A DNA stretch of 63,930 bases, filler included, from an uncultured Myxococcia bacterium (lineage in GTDB: Bacteria > CAZTWC01), in NCBI GenBank assembly GCA_964617105.1. It is 5 parts of 5 records of this genome, joined end to end, with 100 filler letters (N's around TTAATTAATTAA, not from the genome) between each part and the next. Parts side by side here need not be neighbours in the genome. Positions count along the whole stretch, not along the records: positions 26,290 to 39,023 come from CAZTWC010000087.1; 4 more parts are not named here. One strand, given 5' to 3'. This document shows, in pieces, positions 29,274 to 39,123 of the stretch. The position numbers and the translations under genes were made by a program. The notes beneath the pieces are model-generated. The model had not been told where the DNA came from. It did not search any database and saw nothing but the letters and a program-made list of their open reading frames with translations. Each line of letters starts with the position of its first letter. The stretch's first letter is position 1.

Positions 29274-30974
29274 ATGTTTGACGAGAGGCGATTGGGGCAA
29301 ATTTTAATCGAGCAGGTAGGTCTCAACGAAGAGGCCATTGAAAAAGTACTGCAAATTCAGGCTGAGGAGGGAGGTCTGTTCGGAGACATTTTGCAGAAAC
29401 ACGATCTGGTCAAAGAGGATGATATTCTCAGAGCCGTGGCAGCCCAGTTGGACTTACCATACCAGATGGAGATAGATCCGGAAAAGATCCCTATCGAGTT
29501 AATCAAGGATATCCCCATCAACTACGCCAAGCAACAGTGCTTTGTCCCCCTGGTTGCCACATCTGACACCTTGGAAATTGCTATTGCCGATCCCCTTGAT
29601 ATCGAAACCCTGGATGATATCAGGATGGTGTCCAAAAGGGAGATTAACCCCACCATAGCCCCCTCTTCTTCTATTATCAATGCCATCAACAACGTGTATG
29701 ATCGCAGCCTTACCGAAACTCAGGATGTCATTGATGACATGAAAGAGACAGAGGAGTTCGATGAATTCGATGAGGTGCAAGATCTTCTTGATACCTCGGA
29801 CGAGGCACCTATTATCAGGCTGGTAAATATGCTCTTTAGCCGAGCGGTAAAAGAGAGAGCCTCTGATATTCACATTGAGCCCTTTGAACGGGAGTTGGCG
29901 GTGCGCTACCGGGTGGACGGCATTCTCTACGATATTGTCAAGCCGCCCAAACAGGCTCAGAACAGCATCATCTCCAGAATCAAAATCATGGCAGATCTCA
30001 ACATTGCCGAGAAGAGATTGCCTCAGGATGGGCGTATCAGAATCAAGATGGCGGGAAAAGATATTGATATCAGGGTTTCCACTGTACCCACCTCCCATGG
30101 CGAAAGAGTGGTTATGCGTCTTTTGGATCGCAAATCGATTATGCTGGATCTGGAGGATTTGGGATTTGATAAAAATACTTACAAAAAGATGGAAAGGCTG
30201 ATCGCCAATCCTCACGGGATCATCCTGGTTACCGGACCTACCGGTTCGGGGAAAACCACTACTCTATACGCCTCATTATCCAAAATAAACTCCCCCGACA
30301 TAAACATCTTAACGGTTGAAGACCCGGTGGAATACCAGTTGCACGGTATCGGCCAGATGCAGGTCAACCAGAAAATAGAACTCTCTTTTGCATCGGGATT
30401 GAGGGCCTTTTTACGCCAGGATCCAGATGTAATCATGGTAGGTGAGATCCGCGACCTGGACACTGCTCAGATTGCAGTGCAGGCATCCCTCACCGGTCAC
30501 CTTGTGCTTAGTACAGTGCATACCAATGATTCTGCCGGCGCTGTCGGCCGTCTAATGGATATGGGTATAGAACCATTTTTGGCTGCCTCCTCTCTAATCG
30601 GTATTTTAGCCCAACGGCTAATCCGGACTCTGTGTCCCGAATGCCGCCAGCCCTACCAGCCCACTCCCCAGGAGTTGGCTTTAATCGGAGTTAAACCGGA
30701 AGATGCGCTCAACGCCACCGTCTTTCGGGAGAATGGTTGTCCCAAGTGCATGAATACCGGGTATACTGGCCGGGCCGGAATTTATGAACTGATGATGGTG
30801 GATGACGAGATCAAGCAACTGATATTAAAAAAGGTGGATGCGGGCACCATTAAAAAGGCAGCCGTAGCCAAGGGTATGACTACCCTGCAGTTTGACGGCG
30901 CCCAAAAAGTGCTCAAAGGGCAGACTACAATCGCCGAAGTCAGCCGCCTCACCCAGGAAGCATCGGAAGTATAA
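29274..30974 (+). CDS. gspE: Type II secretion ATPase E with N-terminal MshEN-like domain
   Basis: ASDIHIEP, RLPQDGR, GPTGSGKT, LRQDPD, GEIRD, two CxxC. Confidence 0.97.
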   Translation: MFDERRLGQILIEQVGLNEEAIEKVLQIQAEEGGLFGDILQKHDLVKEDDILRAVAAQLDLPYQMEIDPEKIPIELIKDIPINYAKQQCFVPLVATSDTLEIAIADPLDIETLDDIRMVSKREINPTIAPSSSIINAINNVYDRSLTETQDVIDDMKETEEFDEFDEVQDLLDTSDEAPIIRLVNMLFSRAVKERASDIHIEPFERELAVRYRVDGILYDIVKPPKQAQNSIISRIKIMADLNIAEKRLPQDGRIRIKMAGKDIDIRVSTVPTSHGERVVMRLLDRKSIMLDLEDLGFDKNTYKKMERLIANPHGIILVTGPTGSGKTTTLYASLSKINSPDINILTVEDPVEYQLHGIGQMQVNQKIELSFASGLRAFLRQDPDVIMVGEIRDLDTAQIAVQASLTGHLVLSTVHTNDSAGAVGRLMDMGIEPFLAASSLIGILAQRLIRTLCPECRQPYQPTPQELALIGVKPEDALNATVFRENGCPKCMNTGYTGRAGIYELMMVDDEIKQLILKKVDAGTIKKAAVAKGMTTLQFDGAQKVLKGQTTIAEVSRLTQEASEV

Positions 30975-31000
30975 TATTAACCCCAGAATAAATTAAAATC

Positions 31001-32281
31001 ATGCCGGTATACGAATTTAAAGGCTTTAATGCCAAAGGCAAAATCATCTCCGGGGTGAGAGATGCAGAAAACTCCAGAAACTTGCAAACCATGCTGCGCA
31101 GGGAGGGCATTTTTCTCAAAGATTACTCTGTCTCTTCCAGAGGACNNNNNNNNNNNNNNNNNNNNNNNNNNNNNNNNNNNNNNNNNNNNNNNNGCGCTAA
31201 GAGCAAATTGAGCATGGAGATCGACCTCTCCAAATATTTCAGCCGTATTAAAGTGCAGGATATAGCCGTTTTGACCCGGCAATTGTGCACTCTATTAAAC
31301 GCTGGTATCCCTTTGGTAGAATCGCTCACCGCTATTTCAGAACAGCAGGAAAATGAGCGGCTGAAAGTGATTCTGGCGGAAATAAAAGAGAAGGTTAACG
31401 AGGGAAGTTCCCTGGCGGAGGCCTTAAAAAGATATCCCAAAGTCTTTTCTGCGCTTTACATCAATATGGTCCACGCTGGTGAATCATCCGGCGCCCTGGA
31501 GATAGTTCTGGGACGATTAGCGGACTTTACTGAAAGCCAGGCCCAATTGCGGCAAAAAATTATGGGCACTATGATGTACCCCATAATCATGATACTTATG
31601 AGCTGCGCTCTTTTGGCACTCCTTTTTTCGGTAGTTATCCCCAAGGTAACCCAAATTTTCGAAGACATGAAAGCATCTCTACCGATTTCCACCAAAGCGT
31701 TGATTTTATTCAGCGATATAATGTCTAATTACTGGTATGTACTCCTGATTGTTATAGGAGGTGGAACCTTCCTGTTTTTCCGTTATATCAATAGTGAAAA
31801 AGGTAAACTGGTTTGGGACCGCGTAGTGCTAAAAATTCCGCTGTTTGGCAGCCTGGTAAGGATGATCTCTATCTCCCGCTTTACAAAAACCCTCGGCACT
31901 CTTTTAAACAGCGGCGTACCCCTTTTAGGCGCCATTGATATTGTAAAAAATATTGTCAGCAACAGTGTTATTGCCAAAGTGTTGGAAAAAGCCAGAGACA
32001 GCATTAAAGAGGGGGAGTCCATTGCCGATCCTTTGAAACGAAGCGGCGAATTTCCCCCGATTGTGATTCACATGATCTCTATTGGAGAAAAAAGCGGCCA
32101 GTTGGAAGATATGCTCCTTAAGGTTAGCGAATCCTATGAAAATCAAATAGAGGTCAGGCTTAACGCGCTCACCACCTTGCTGGAACCTCTAATGATCGTG
32201 GTAATGGGATCCATGGTGGCTTTTATTGCTTTCTCTATCCTATTACCCATTTTACAAATGAATGAATTAATCAACAAGTAA
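31001..32281 (+). CDS. gspF: Type II secretion inner-membrane platform protein F (N gap 31146-31193)
   Basis: TRQL...AGIPL, AGESSG, YP, GEKSG, LEP. Confidence 0.95.
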   Translation: MPVYEFKGFNAKGKIISGVRDAENSRNLQTMLRREGIFLKDYSVSSRGXXXXXXXXXXXXXXXXXAKSKLSMEIDLSKYFSRIKVQDIAVLTRQLCTLLNAGIPLVESLTAISEQQENERLKVILAEIKEKVNEGSSLAEALKRYPKVFSALYINMVHAGESSGALEIVLGRLADFTESQAQLRQKIMGTMMYPIIMILMSCALLALLFSVVIPKVTQIFEDMKASLPISTKALILFSDIMSNYWYVLLIVIGGGTFLFFRYINSEKGKLVWDRVVLKIPLFGSLVRMISISRFTKTLGTLLNSGVPLLGAIDIVKNIVSNSVIAKVLEKARDSIKEGESIADPLKRSGEFPPIVIHMISIGEKSGQLEDMLLKVSESYENQIEVRLNALTTLLEPLMIVVMGSMVAFIAFSILLPILQMNELINK

Positions 32282-32340
32282 CCAACCGGTAAGAAGTCCC
32301 TCAATTGCTATCAGGGACCAAGCATATTTAGGAGGTGCTC

Positions 32341-32787
32341 ATGAATACATTACAGAATTTACTTAAAGTTCTTAACCAAAGAGAAAAAATATTGAACCAG
32401 GCGGGTATGACCCTAATCGAAATTATGGTGGTTATAACCATCTTAGGGTTAATCGCCGGCGCAGTCAGTGTGGCAGTGTTTAACCAACTGCACGAAGCCA
32501 AGGTTAAAACCACCGAGACCCAGATAAAAGATATAGAAAGTGCTCTGGAGTTGTTTCGTCTCTCTAACAACCGTTTTCCAACTACGGCTGAGGGATTGAA
32601 CGGCCTGGTTAATCCCCCCAAGGGGCAACAGTTAATGAAAAAAGTCCCCAAGGACCCCTGGGATAATGAATATGTTTTTATCTGTCCCGGACAGCATAAT
32701 CAGAAATCTTTTGACCTTTACTCCTACGGCGCTGACGGTGTAGAAGGGGGCTCAGAAAAAGGTAAAGATGTCACTAACTGGGAATAA
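32341..32787 (+). CDS. gspG: Type II secretion major pseudopilin G
   Basis: G/MTLIEIMVV prepilin site, FPTTAEGL, KDPW, DLYSYGADG; AGGAGG RBS. Confidence 0.95.
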   Translation: MNTLQNLLKVLNQREKILNQAGMTLIEIMVVITILGLIAGAVSVAVFNQLHEAKVKTTETQIKDIESALELFRLSNNRFPTTAEGLNGLVNPPKGQQLMKKVPKDPWDNEYVFICPGQHNQKSFDLYSYGADGVEGGSEKGKDVTNWE

Positions 32788-32799
32788 TTGACATTTGTT

Positions 32800-33510
32800 A
32801 TGTCTTCTAACAGTACCACACGCCCTGCTAGCCGCTTACCTATTAGAGGAACAGTCGGTTTTACTTTGCTGGAGATGATAGTGGCTATCTCGGTGATAGC
32901 CCTGGTGGTGGGACTGGTTATCCCTTCGGTGGACAGCCTGACCGGAGCCAGATTGAAAACAACCGCCAGTAAATTAGCGCTTACCATCAAGTACATTTTT
33001 AACCGGTCGGCTATGACCAACCAACATTTCAGGATGGTATTCGACATGGACAAAAATTCCTGGTGGGTTGAGGCAGCAGATGGTAGATTCAGCCTGAAAC
33101 AAAAACAGTACTATGTGGGAGAAGAAGAAGAGGAGGAAAAAAAAGCCAAGGAAGAGGAAAAAGAGGAAAGGGAGCGGAATGAAGGTATAGAGCCAGAGTC
33201 AAAGACCTTAATGGAACAACAGTTGGATAGTAAAAAAAAGCGAACGGCCTTTAGAAGTTTTTCCGAAAAAAAAATGATAAAAAAAGAGAAACTGCCGCAA
33301 GGAATCGAGATACAGGGGGTTTTGACAGCCCACCAGGAAGAGATCTTTGAAGATAGCAAAGCCTACCTCTATTTTTTTCCGTCCGGCTATGTGGAACAGG
33401 CTTATATCTACCTGGGAGACGATGCTAATGATATCTATACACTGGTGGTTCAACCATTGACCGGTAAAGCAAAAGTTTACAATGAACGGAAAGAACCTAT
33501 ACGTGACTGA
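32800..33510 (+). CDS. gspH: Minor pseudopilin H-like
   Basis: G/FTLLEMIV site; YFFPSG...PLTG C-terminus; operon position. Start uncertain (TTG 32788 or ATG 32800). Confidence 0.8.
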   Translation: MSSNSTTRPASRLPIRGTVGFTLLEMIVAISVIALVVGLVIPSVDSLTGARLKTTASKLALTIKYIFNRSAMTNQHFRMVFDMDKNSWWVEAADGRFSLKQKQYYVGEEEEEEKKAKEEEKEERERNEGIEPESKTLMEQQLDSKKKRTAFRSFSEKKMIKKEKLPQGIEIQGVLTAHQEEIFEDSKAYLYFFPSGYVEQAYIYLGDDANDIYTLVVQPLTGKAKVYNERKEPIRD

Positions 33511-34135
33511 TATGTTCCGTAGAATCTCTGATCAATCAAAAAAAATTACTTCCCGGGGATTTACCCTGCTGGAGGTATTGATCGCTATCGCTATATTATC
33601 GATGTCGCTGATGGTTATTTACCAGACTCAGGGACGGGCGGTGCAAATGGCCAATTACGGTAAATTTATGTCCGTGGCTACCTTGCTGGTCCGCACCAAG
33701 ATAATCGAAATCGAAGAGCAGTTGAAAGAGGAGGGTTTCAGCGATTTTGACGATGAAAAAGAAGGCACCTTTGAGGAGGAAGGGTTTGATAAATTTCGCT
33801 GGTTGGCCAATATAAAAAAGATAACCATAAATTTACCGGAAAGTCTTTCCACCTCTGGCGGGGGCTTATCTGGGATGGGGGGAGGTGGCGACCAAAAAGA
33901 TGGGGCGTCAAATAAACAGCAGATGGGCATGAATCTGGCTATGTTGGGTCCTCATTTGAAAACTATTGCTAAAATTTTAGAACAATCGGTGCGAGAACTA
34001 AAAATCACCGTTTTTTGGCCTTCTGGGCCTAAAAAAGAAAACAGTATAAATGTTACTACCCATGTGGTGGATTTCAAAAAGGCGGGGTTGGTGTCAGGTG
34101 GAACTAAAAATTTACCCTCTCTTAATAAAAAGTGA
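33503..34135 (+). CDS. gspI: Minor pseudopilin I-like
   Basis: G/FTLLEVLIAIAIL site; operon position. Start uncertain. Confidence 0.8.
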   Translation: MTDMFRRISDQSKKITSRGFTLLEVLIAIAILSMSLMVIYQTQGRAVQMANYGKFMSVATLLVRTKIIEIEEQLKEEGFSDFDDEKEGTFEEEGFDKFRWLANIKKITINLPESLSTSGGGLSGMGGGGDQKDGASNKQQMGMNLAMLGPHLKTIAKILEQSVRELKITVFWPSGPKKENSINVTTHVVDFKKAGLVSGGTKNLPSLNKK

Positions 34136-34144
34136 GGTCCGGAG

Positions 34145-34855
34145 GTGTTGAACGATTCTATTTTAAAAATAAAACTTAAATCCTTAGGCTTCACCCTGAT
34201 GGAGGTGATGATCGCCATCGCTATTATCGGCACCATTGTCAGTATGATTTGGATATCTATCAACCGGGCCATAACTGTCCGGGAGCAGACCATGGCCGTC
34301 AACGAACGCTACCAGGGGGTAAGATTGGCCCTAAATCGAATAGCCGGTGAGTTATCCATGGCTTTTTTGGTAAAGCATCAATTCTGGGACAAACGGGTAA
34401 AAACCATGTTTAAAGGGATAGGTGAAAACCCGGCATCCCGTCTTACCTTTACCTCATTCAGCCACCAACGTCTGTTTACAGATGTTAACGAGAGTGATCA
34501 AAATGTGATCACTTACTATGGCGATGCCGATCCAGACGACCCCAATAAAACTAACTTATACCGGAGGGAAAAAGTCAGAATTGGCACTGAAAATGAGAAT
34601 TTAAACACAGATAAGTCCAGTAAGTATATATTGACCGAAGATATTAACGAATTCAAACTCGAATACTGGGACGAAAAGCAAAAAGAGTGGCTGTCTGATT
34701 GGGACAGTACCCAGGTGGAAAAAGCTGACCGGTTACCAAGTTTGGTTAAAATAGAATTAATTGTAAACGATCCTTTTGGCGAAGAGATTACCTTTGTTAC
34801 TAAAACCAGGATCGCATTAACATCTCCCCTGAAGTTTAACAAAGGGGGAATATAG
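34145..34855 (+). CDS. gspJ: Minor pseudopilin J
   Basis: G/FTLMEVMIA site; WDS...LPSLVKI C-terminus. Confidence 0.85.
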   Translation: MLNDSILKIKLKSLGFTLMEVMIAIAIIGTIVSMIWISINRAITVREQTMAVNERYQGVRLALNRIAGELSMAFLVKHQFWDKRVKTMFKGIGENPASRLTFTSFSHQRLFTDVNESDQNVITYYGDADPDDPNKTNLYRREKVRIGTENENLNTDKSSKYILTEDINEFKLEYWDEKQKEWLSDWDSTQVEKADRLPSLVKIELIVNDPFGEEITFVTKTRIALTSPLKFNKGGI

Positions 34856-34896
34856 AAAAACTCGAATTGCAATAGGGGTTATTTAATATTAGGGAA

Positions 34897-36138
34897 TTGA
34901 TGAATAGTAAAGTTGAGAAAATTAAAGATTTTTTTAACTGGAAAGTTATATCTCTACCCGGAATGAGCAGAAAGGGAGAGCGGGGGATAGCCTTGCTGAT
35001 GGTGATCTCAGCCCTGGCTTTTTTAGCGGCTATTTCCATCGATTTTCAATATGATGCCCGAGTAAACTTGGCCCTGGCTGATAACCAGCGTAACGCCCTT
35101 AAAGCCACCTACCTTTGCCATTCCGCCATCAATATTTCCAGGTTGGTGCTAATAGCCCAGATGCAACTTGACGAGATCGCCAAGAAGGGATTAATGCAAA
35201 AAGTGGAACTTTGGCGGCTAATCCCCATTGACAGTGAAGTGGTAAAATCGATGGCTTCAGGTGACCTATTCGCCTCGGAAGCAGAGATGGATCAATTGGA
35301 AAAAGAATCTCCGCAAGATCGGGAAGAGCGGATGAAAGAGGAAACCGGTTTTGGTGATTTTGATGGTCACTTTGGTGCCTTTATCGAGGCTGAAGACGCC
35401 AAAATCAACCTCAATGGCATCGGCGGCACCTGGGTAGCCAGGGCGCAGCCTACCTATAACCAGTTGTTCGCCCTGATCCAACCAGACCTGTATAATTTTA
35501 TGTTTGAAACCATGGATGAAAATGGCCAGTTTACTGACCGTAAAGAGTTGATCAATGCGACCAGAGACTGGATCGATGACGATGAAGAGATGGATTTTAT
35601 TGATCCAATCACTGGTTTTAAAAAGGGGAGTGGTTACGAAGATTCCAGATACAATATGTTGAAAAGTCCCTATCAAAGTAAAAATGCCGAACTGTACAGT
35701 ATAGCGGAAGCCTACCTGATTAAGGGATTCAATGATGAGTTTATGGAGTTATTCGCCGATAGATTTACCGTATATCCAAACCGCAAAATAAACGTACAGG
35801 CAGCCGACCCTCAGGTAATCAGGGCTCTTTTACATGCCTTTGCAGAGCAAAAAAATGACCCTATTTTTCGTAACCATTTCCAGATGGATCAAATCTTAAA
35901 AAAATATGTGGAAACCAGAACCATGTCCCCAATGAAAAAAGTTAAAGATTTTATAAAATTCTTTACCAACGAGGGAATCAGATTAAAACAAGTAGAGTTG
36001 AAAAAATCCATTGATGTAATAAGTAAAATCTATTCCATCAAGGCTCAGGCTGAAGTTGGAAAAGTGGTTAAAAATATCACCACCGTAATCGAAAGTAATG
36101 ACAAAGGTGGTAAATATTTATATTGGCGCGAGGAGTAA
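34897..36138 (+). CDS. gspK: Minor pseudopilin K
   Basis: RG/IALLMV site, KINLN, DWID, KINVQAA. Confidence 0.9.
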   Translation: MMNSKVEKIKDFFNWKVISLPGMSRKGERGIALLMVISALAFLAAISIDFQYDARVNLALADNQRNALKATYLCHSAINISRLVLIAQMQLDEIAKKGLMQKVELWRLIPIDSEVVKSMASGDLFASEAEMDQLEKESPQDREERMKEETGFGDFDGHFGAFIEAEDAKINLNGIGGTWVARAQPTYNQLFALIQPDLYNFMFETMDENGQFTDRKELINATRDWIDDDEEMDFIDPITGFKKGSGYEDSRYNMLKSPYQSKNAELYSIAEAYLIKGFNDEFMELFADRFTVYPNRKINVQAADPQVIRALLHAFAEQKNDPIFRNHFQMDQILKKYVETRTMSPMKKVKDFIKFFTNEGIRLKQVELKKSIDVISKIYSIKAQAEVGKVVKNITTVIESNDKGGKYLYWREE

Positions 36139-36142
36139 AAAG

Positions 36143-37837
36143 ATGCCCCAAAAAATAGTTGGACTCGATATTGGCACCTATTCCATAAAAGTTGCGGTAA
36201 TAGAGAGTACCTTTCGCAATTACGAATTCGTGGAATTTAATGAGAGATTAATCCCCCGCGACCCAGAGGTGGACTTTAAAGATCGGGTCTTTGAGACTTT
36301 ACAGTCAATGATTGAAGAGGGTATTTTGCAGCATGACGTAATCGTCACTTCAATTCCAGGGGAAAAAATTACCAACAAACTGTTGGATATGCCCTTTAAA
36401 GACAATAAAAAAATTGACCAGATTCTGGGCTTTGAAGTAGAAAATCATCTTCCTATCTCCCAGGATCAAATAGTATACGACTACTATGTCACCCAGCAGA
36501 GAGATGATGGCTGCCAGGTGATGAGTATGGTGACCACTACGGAGTTCTTTGAAACTTTTTTAGACTTTCTGGAAAACCTAAAACTTGATCCCCGGATTAT
36601 CACTTCTGATCCGGTTTCTTATTTGAGTCTTGACCACCTGACAGTTCCCAGTCAAGATGAAGCGGAAGTGATTTTTCCCTTTGGATGGACTCTGGCGGAA
36701 GAACCGGAAGATGAAGAGTTTGATGATGAGTTTGAGGGTGAAGAGGATGATGAGAAAGAGGAAGAGAAAAAAGAGGTTGAGAAGGAATCTTCAAAATGTA
36801 TCATCGACTTTGGTTACTCCTCTACCAATATCTGCCTTATAGAGGGGGGGAAACTGGTCAAATCGAGAACCATAAAAGGGGGCGGGGAAACCATAACTTC
36901 GGCAATAATGGAAAATTTGGGCGTGGATTACCAAATAGCGGAACGGGAAAAAATCAACTCTGCCAAAATTGTTTTGGGACAGGAGATATTCAGCCCAGAG
37001 GAGCAGAAACTTTCGGATACCATAGTTTCCAGTCTCTATCCCACTTTGCGTTTCATCAAGCAAACTGTCTATTTTTATCAAAAATATCATCAAAAAATAG
37101 ACCGTATTTTTGTCTGCGGAGGAACTTCCCAGTTAAAAAATCTGGATCAACACCTGGCAAATCAACTGAATATTCCGGTGGAGCACCTCTCGCCTTTGAA
37201 AAAAGATCTGTTGAATTTCGGTCAATTATCATCGCCGCCGGCCATTTTGACCAAAGGGTTGGCTCTGGCTCTCAGTAGTCTGGGAGTGTTTAAAGGTGCC
37301 GGGATCAATTTCCGCAAAGGGGCCTATTCTTATAAAGGTGACTTTCAATCATTAAAAGATAAACTACCTAAAATAGTTGTGGGAGTATTGATTTTGATCC
37401 TGCTTTTGGGATTTAACGTATTTTCCCGCTTCCATGTAATTAACGACCGGCAAAACCGGATGGATACGGTGCTGGCCGATTTTACCAAGGAGATGTTTGG
37501 ACGAGCGGTTAAAGACTATACTGTCGCTTCCTCCATGGTAACCCAACAGAGCCTTCCCTCTGCCAGCCCCATTCCCCATATGAGTGCTCTGGATATCCTC
37601 AATGAGATCTCCGCCCGCATCCCCAAGGATGTGACATTGGAGTTGCAGGAGTTGGAAGTTACCCTGAAAAAAATCAGGATCAAAGGAGAAACAGACTCTT
37701 TTGAGGCAGTAGATAAAATAGTTAACAGTTTAAAAGAGTATGAATGTTTCAGCGAAACAGAAAAAGGCCGGGTGAAAAAAACCTATGACGGATCCAAAAT
37801 AGAGTTCAACCTTAATGTACTTATTACTAGTTGTTGA
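36143..37837 (+). CDS. gspL: GspL (PilM-like actin-fold cytoplasmic domain, TM, periplasmic domain)
   Basis: GLDIGTYSIK, IDFGYSST, CGG, INFRKG, TM helix; GAGGAG RBS before ATG 36143. Confidence 0.85.
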   Translation: MPQKIVGLDIGTYSIKVAVIESTFRNYEFVEFNERLIPRDPEVDFKDRVFETLQSMIEEGILQHDVIVTSIPGEKITNKLLDMPFKDNKKIDQILGFEVENHLPISQDQIVYDYYVTQQRDDGCQVMSMVTTTEFFETFLDFLENLKLDPRIITSDPVSYLSLDHLTVPSQDEAEVIFPFGWTLAEEPEDEEFDDEFEGEEDDEKEEEKKEVEKESSKCIIDFGYSSTNICLIEGGKLVKSRTIKGGGETITSAIMENLGVDYQIAEREKINSAKIVLGQEIFSPEEQKLSDTIVSSLYPTLRFIKQTVYFYQKYHQKIDRIFVCGGTSQLKNLDQHLANQLNIPVEHLSPLKKDLLNFGQLSSPPAILTKGLALALSSLGVFKGAGINFRKGAYSYKGDFQSLKDKLPKIVVGVLILILLLGFNVFSRFHVINDRQNRMDTVLADFTKEMFGRAVKDYTVASSMVTQQSLPSASPIPHMSALDILNEISARIPKDVTLELQELEVTLKKIRIKGETDSFEAVDKIVNSLKEYECFSETEKGRVKKTYDGSKIEFNLNVLITSC

Positions 37838-37862
37838 TATCAATCCGAAGAGGTAAATAATA

Positions 37863-38423
37863 ATGAATGGGATAAACAAACAACTCTCCTATCTTCTCAA
37901 CTCTTTTTACAACCTGCCCCTGCAGGAAAAGGCGGTAGCGTTTTTTGGAATGCTGGCGGTTTTAGGAATGATAGTGGGAGGTGTGCTATGGAGCGTTGAA
38001 AGTCATATCGATAAAAAAGAGCGGCGCCTGGAAAACAGAAAAGCCAAACTCATGACAATTTTGGCCAAAAAGCAGGAGTTAGAAACCGCCCAACGAAAAA
38101 TGCAGTACCAGGAAGATATTTTAAAACGTAGCGGATCTGTACGGTTATTTCCCCTGCTGGAAGAATTGAGTAAAAAACTGGATGTAGAAATAGGGGATAT
38201 GAACGAACGGCACGTTATCAGCCCGGCAGAAAATATTAAAGTGGTGGCGGTAGAGGTGCATTTGCGTAAAATAACCTTGGAAAAATTGACCCAATTTCTC
38301 TTTCAGATCGAAAACACCGAGTATATTATCAAGGTGACAAATTTAAGAGTCAAACAAGATTTCACCACCAAGCAATATCTGGAAGTAACATTTACTGTAT
38401 CAACCTATAAGTTGGCTACCTAA
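37863..38423 (+). CDS. gspM: Type II secretion protein M
   Basis: Single N-terminal TM, coiled coil, ferredoxin-like C-terminus; position between gspL and gspN. Confidence 0.8.
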   Translation: MNGINKQLSYLLNSFYNLPLQEKAVAFFGMLAVLGMIVGGVLWSVESHIDKKERRLENRKAKLMTILAKKQELETAQRKMQYQEDILKRSGSVRLFPLLEELSKKLDVEIGDMNERHVISPAENIKVVAVEVHLRKITLEKLTQFLFQIENTEYIIKVTNLRVKQDFTTKQYLEVTFTVSTYKLAT

Positions 38424-38433
38424 AGAGGAATCT

Positions 38434-39023
38434 ATGCGAAGCAAAGTTGTTAAAATACTAGGATATTTTTTCTTTTTCCTGATGGCCTTTATCTTTTTTC
38501 TCTACTATACCTTTCCCTTTTACCTGCTCAAAGATCAGATCCGCAGTAATCTATATGAAAATTTCCACATAAACGTGGAAACCGGGTCTATTGAACCAAG
38601 TATGTTGACTGGATTGGTTTTTAAAAATGTTAAGGTTATTCCGCCGTCACAGAGCGATGCCAGCCAGTTTACCATTGATGAGTTGAGAGTAAGAATCTCT
38701 TTACTCTCCATGTTTAAAAAGAAGATCAATGTCAAATTTTTCTCCAAATTATTCGGAGGTAAAATTGAAGGGGTCTTTTCATCTCAACAAAAACAAAACT
38801 CTCTCCAAACCAAAATTGAGGGGATTAATTTACGCCAAATAACCCCCATCAATCAAATGTTTGGAATACAAACAGCCGGTGATATTAACGGAAAAATCGC
38901 TCTGGATTTCCACACCAAAGACCTTACCAAAATGAGTGGGAAAATCCTTCTCGCCTTAAAAAGTGGAAGATTTACCATACTGGGTAAAAGAGCCATCAAT
39001 ATTCCCACCGTCCAAATAGGAGA
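38434..39023 (+). CDS. gspN: Type II secretion protein N (3' truncated)
   Basis: N-terminal TM with LYYTFPF, beta-rich body; operon position. Confidence 0.8.
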
Positions 39024-39123
39024 NNNNNNNNNNNNNNNNNNNNNNNNNNNNNNNNNNNNNNNNNNNNTTAATTAATTAANNNNNNNNNNNNNNNNNNNNN
39101 NNNNNNNNNNNNNNNNNNNNNNN
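39024..39123. other. Artificial contig linker
   Basis: 44 N + TTAATTAATTAA + 44 N. Confidence 0.98.

Noticed and set aside
29499..30215. Long antisense or alternative-frame ORFs (for example 29499-30215, 48595-49221, 39456-40010, 63414-63785)
   Set aside because: Shadows of well-supported genes with no recognisable motifs.
36690..36790. Purine-rich GAA/GAG/GAT tracts in gspL and gspH (33120-33185) as DNA repeats
   Set aside because: Explained by acidic low-complexity protein linkers.
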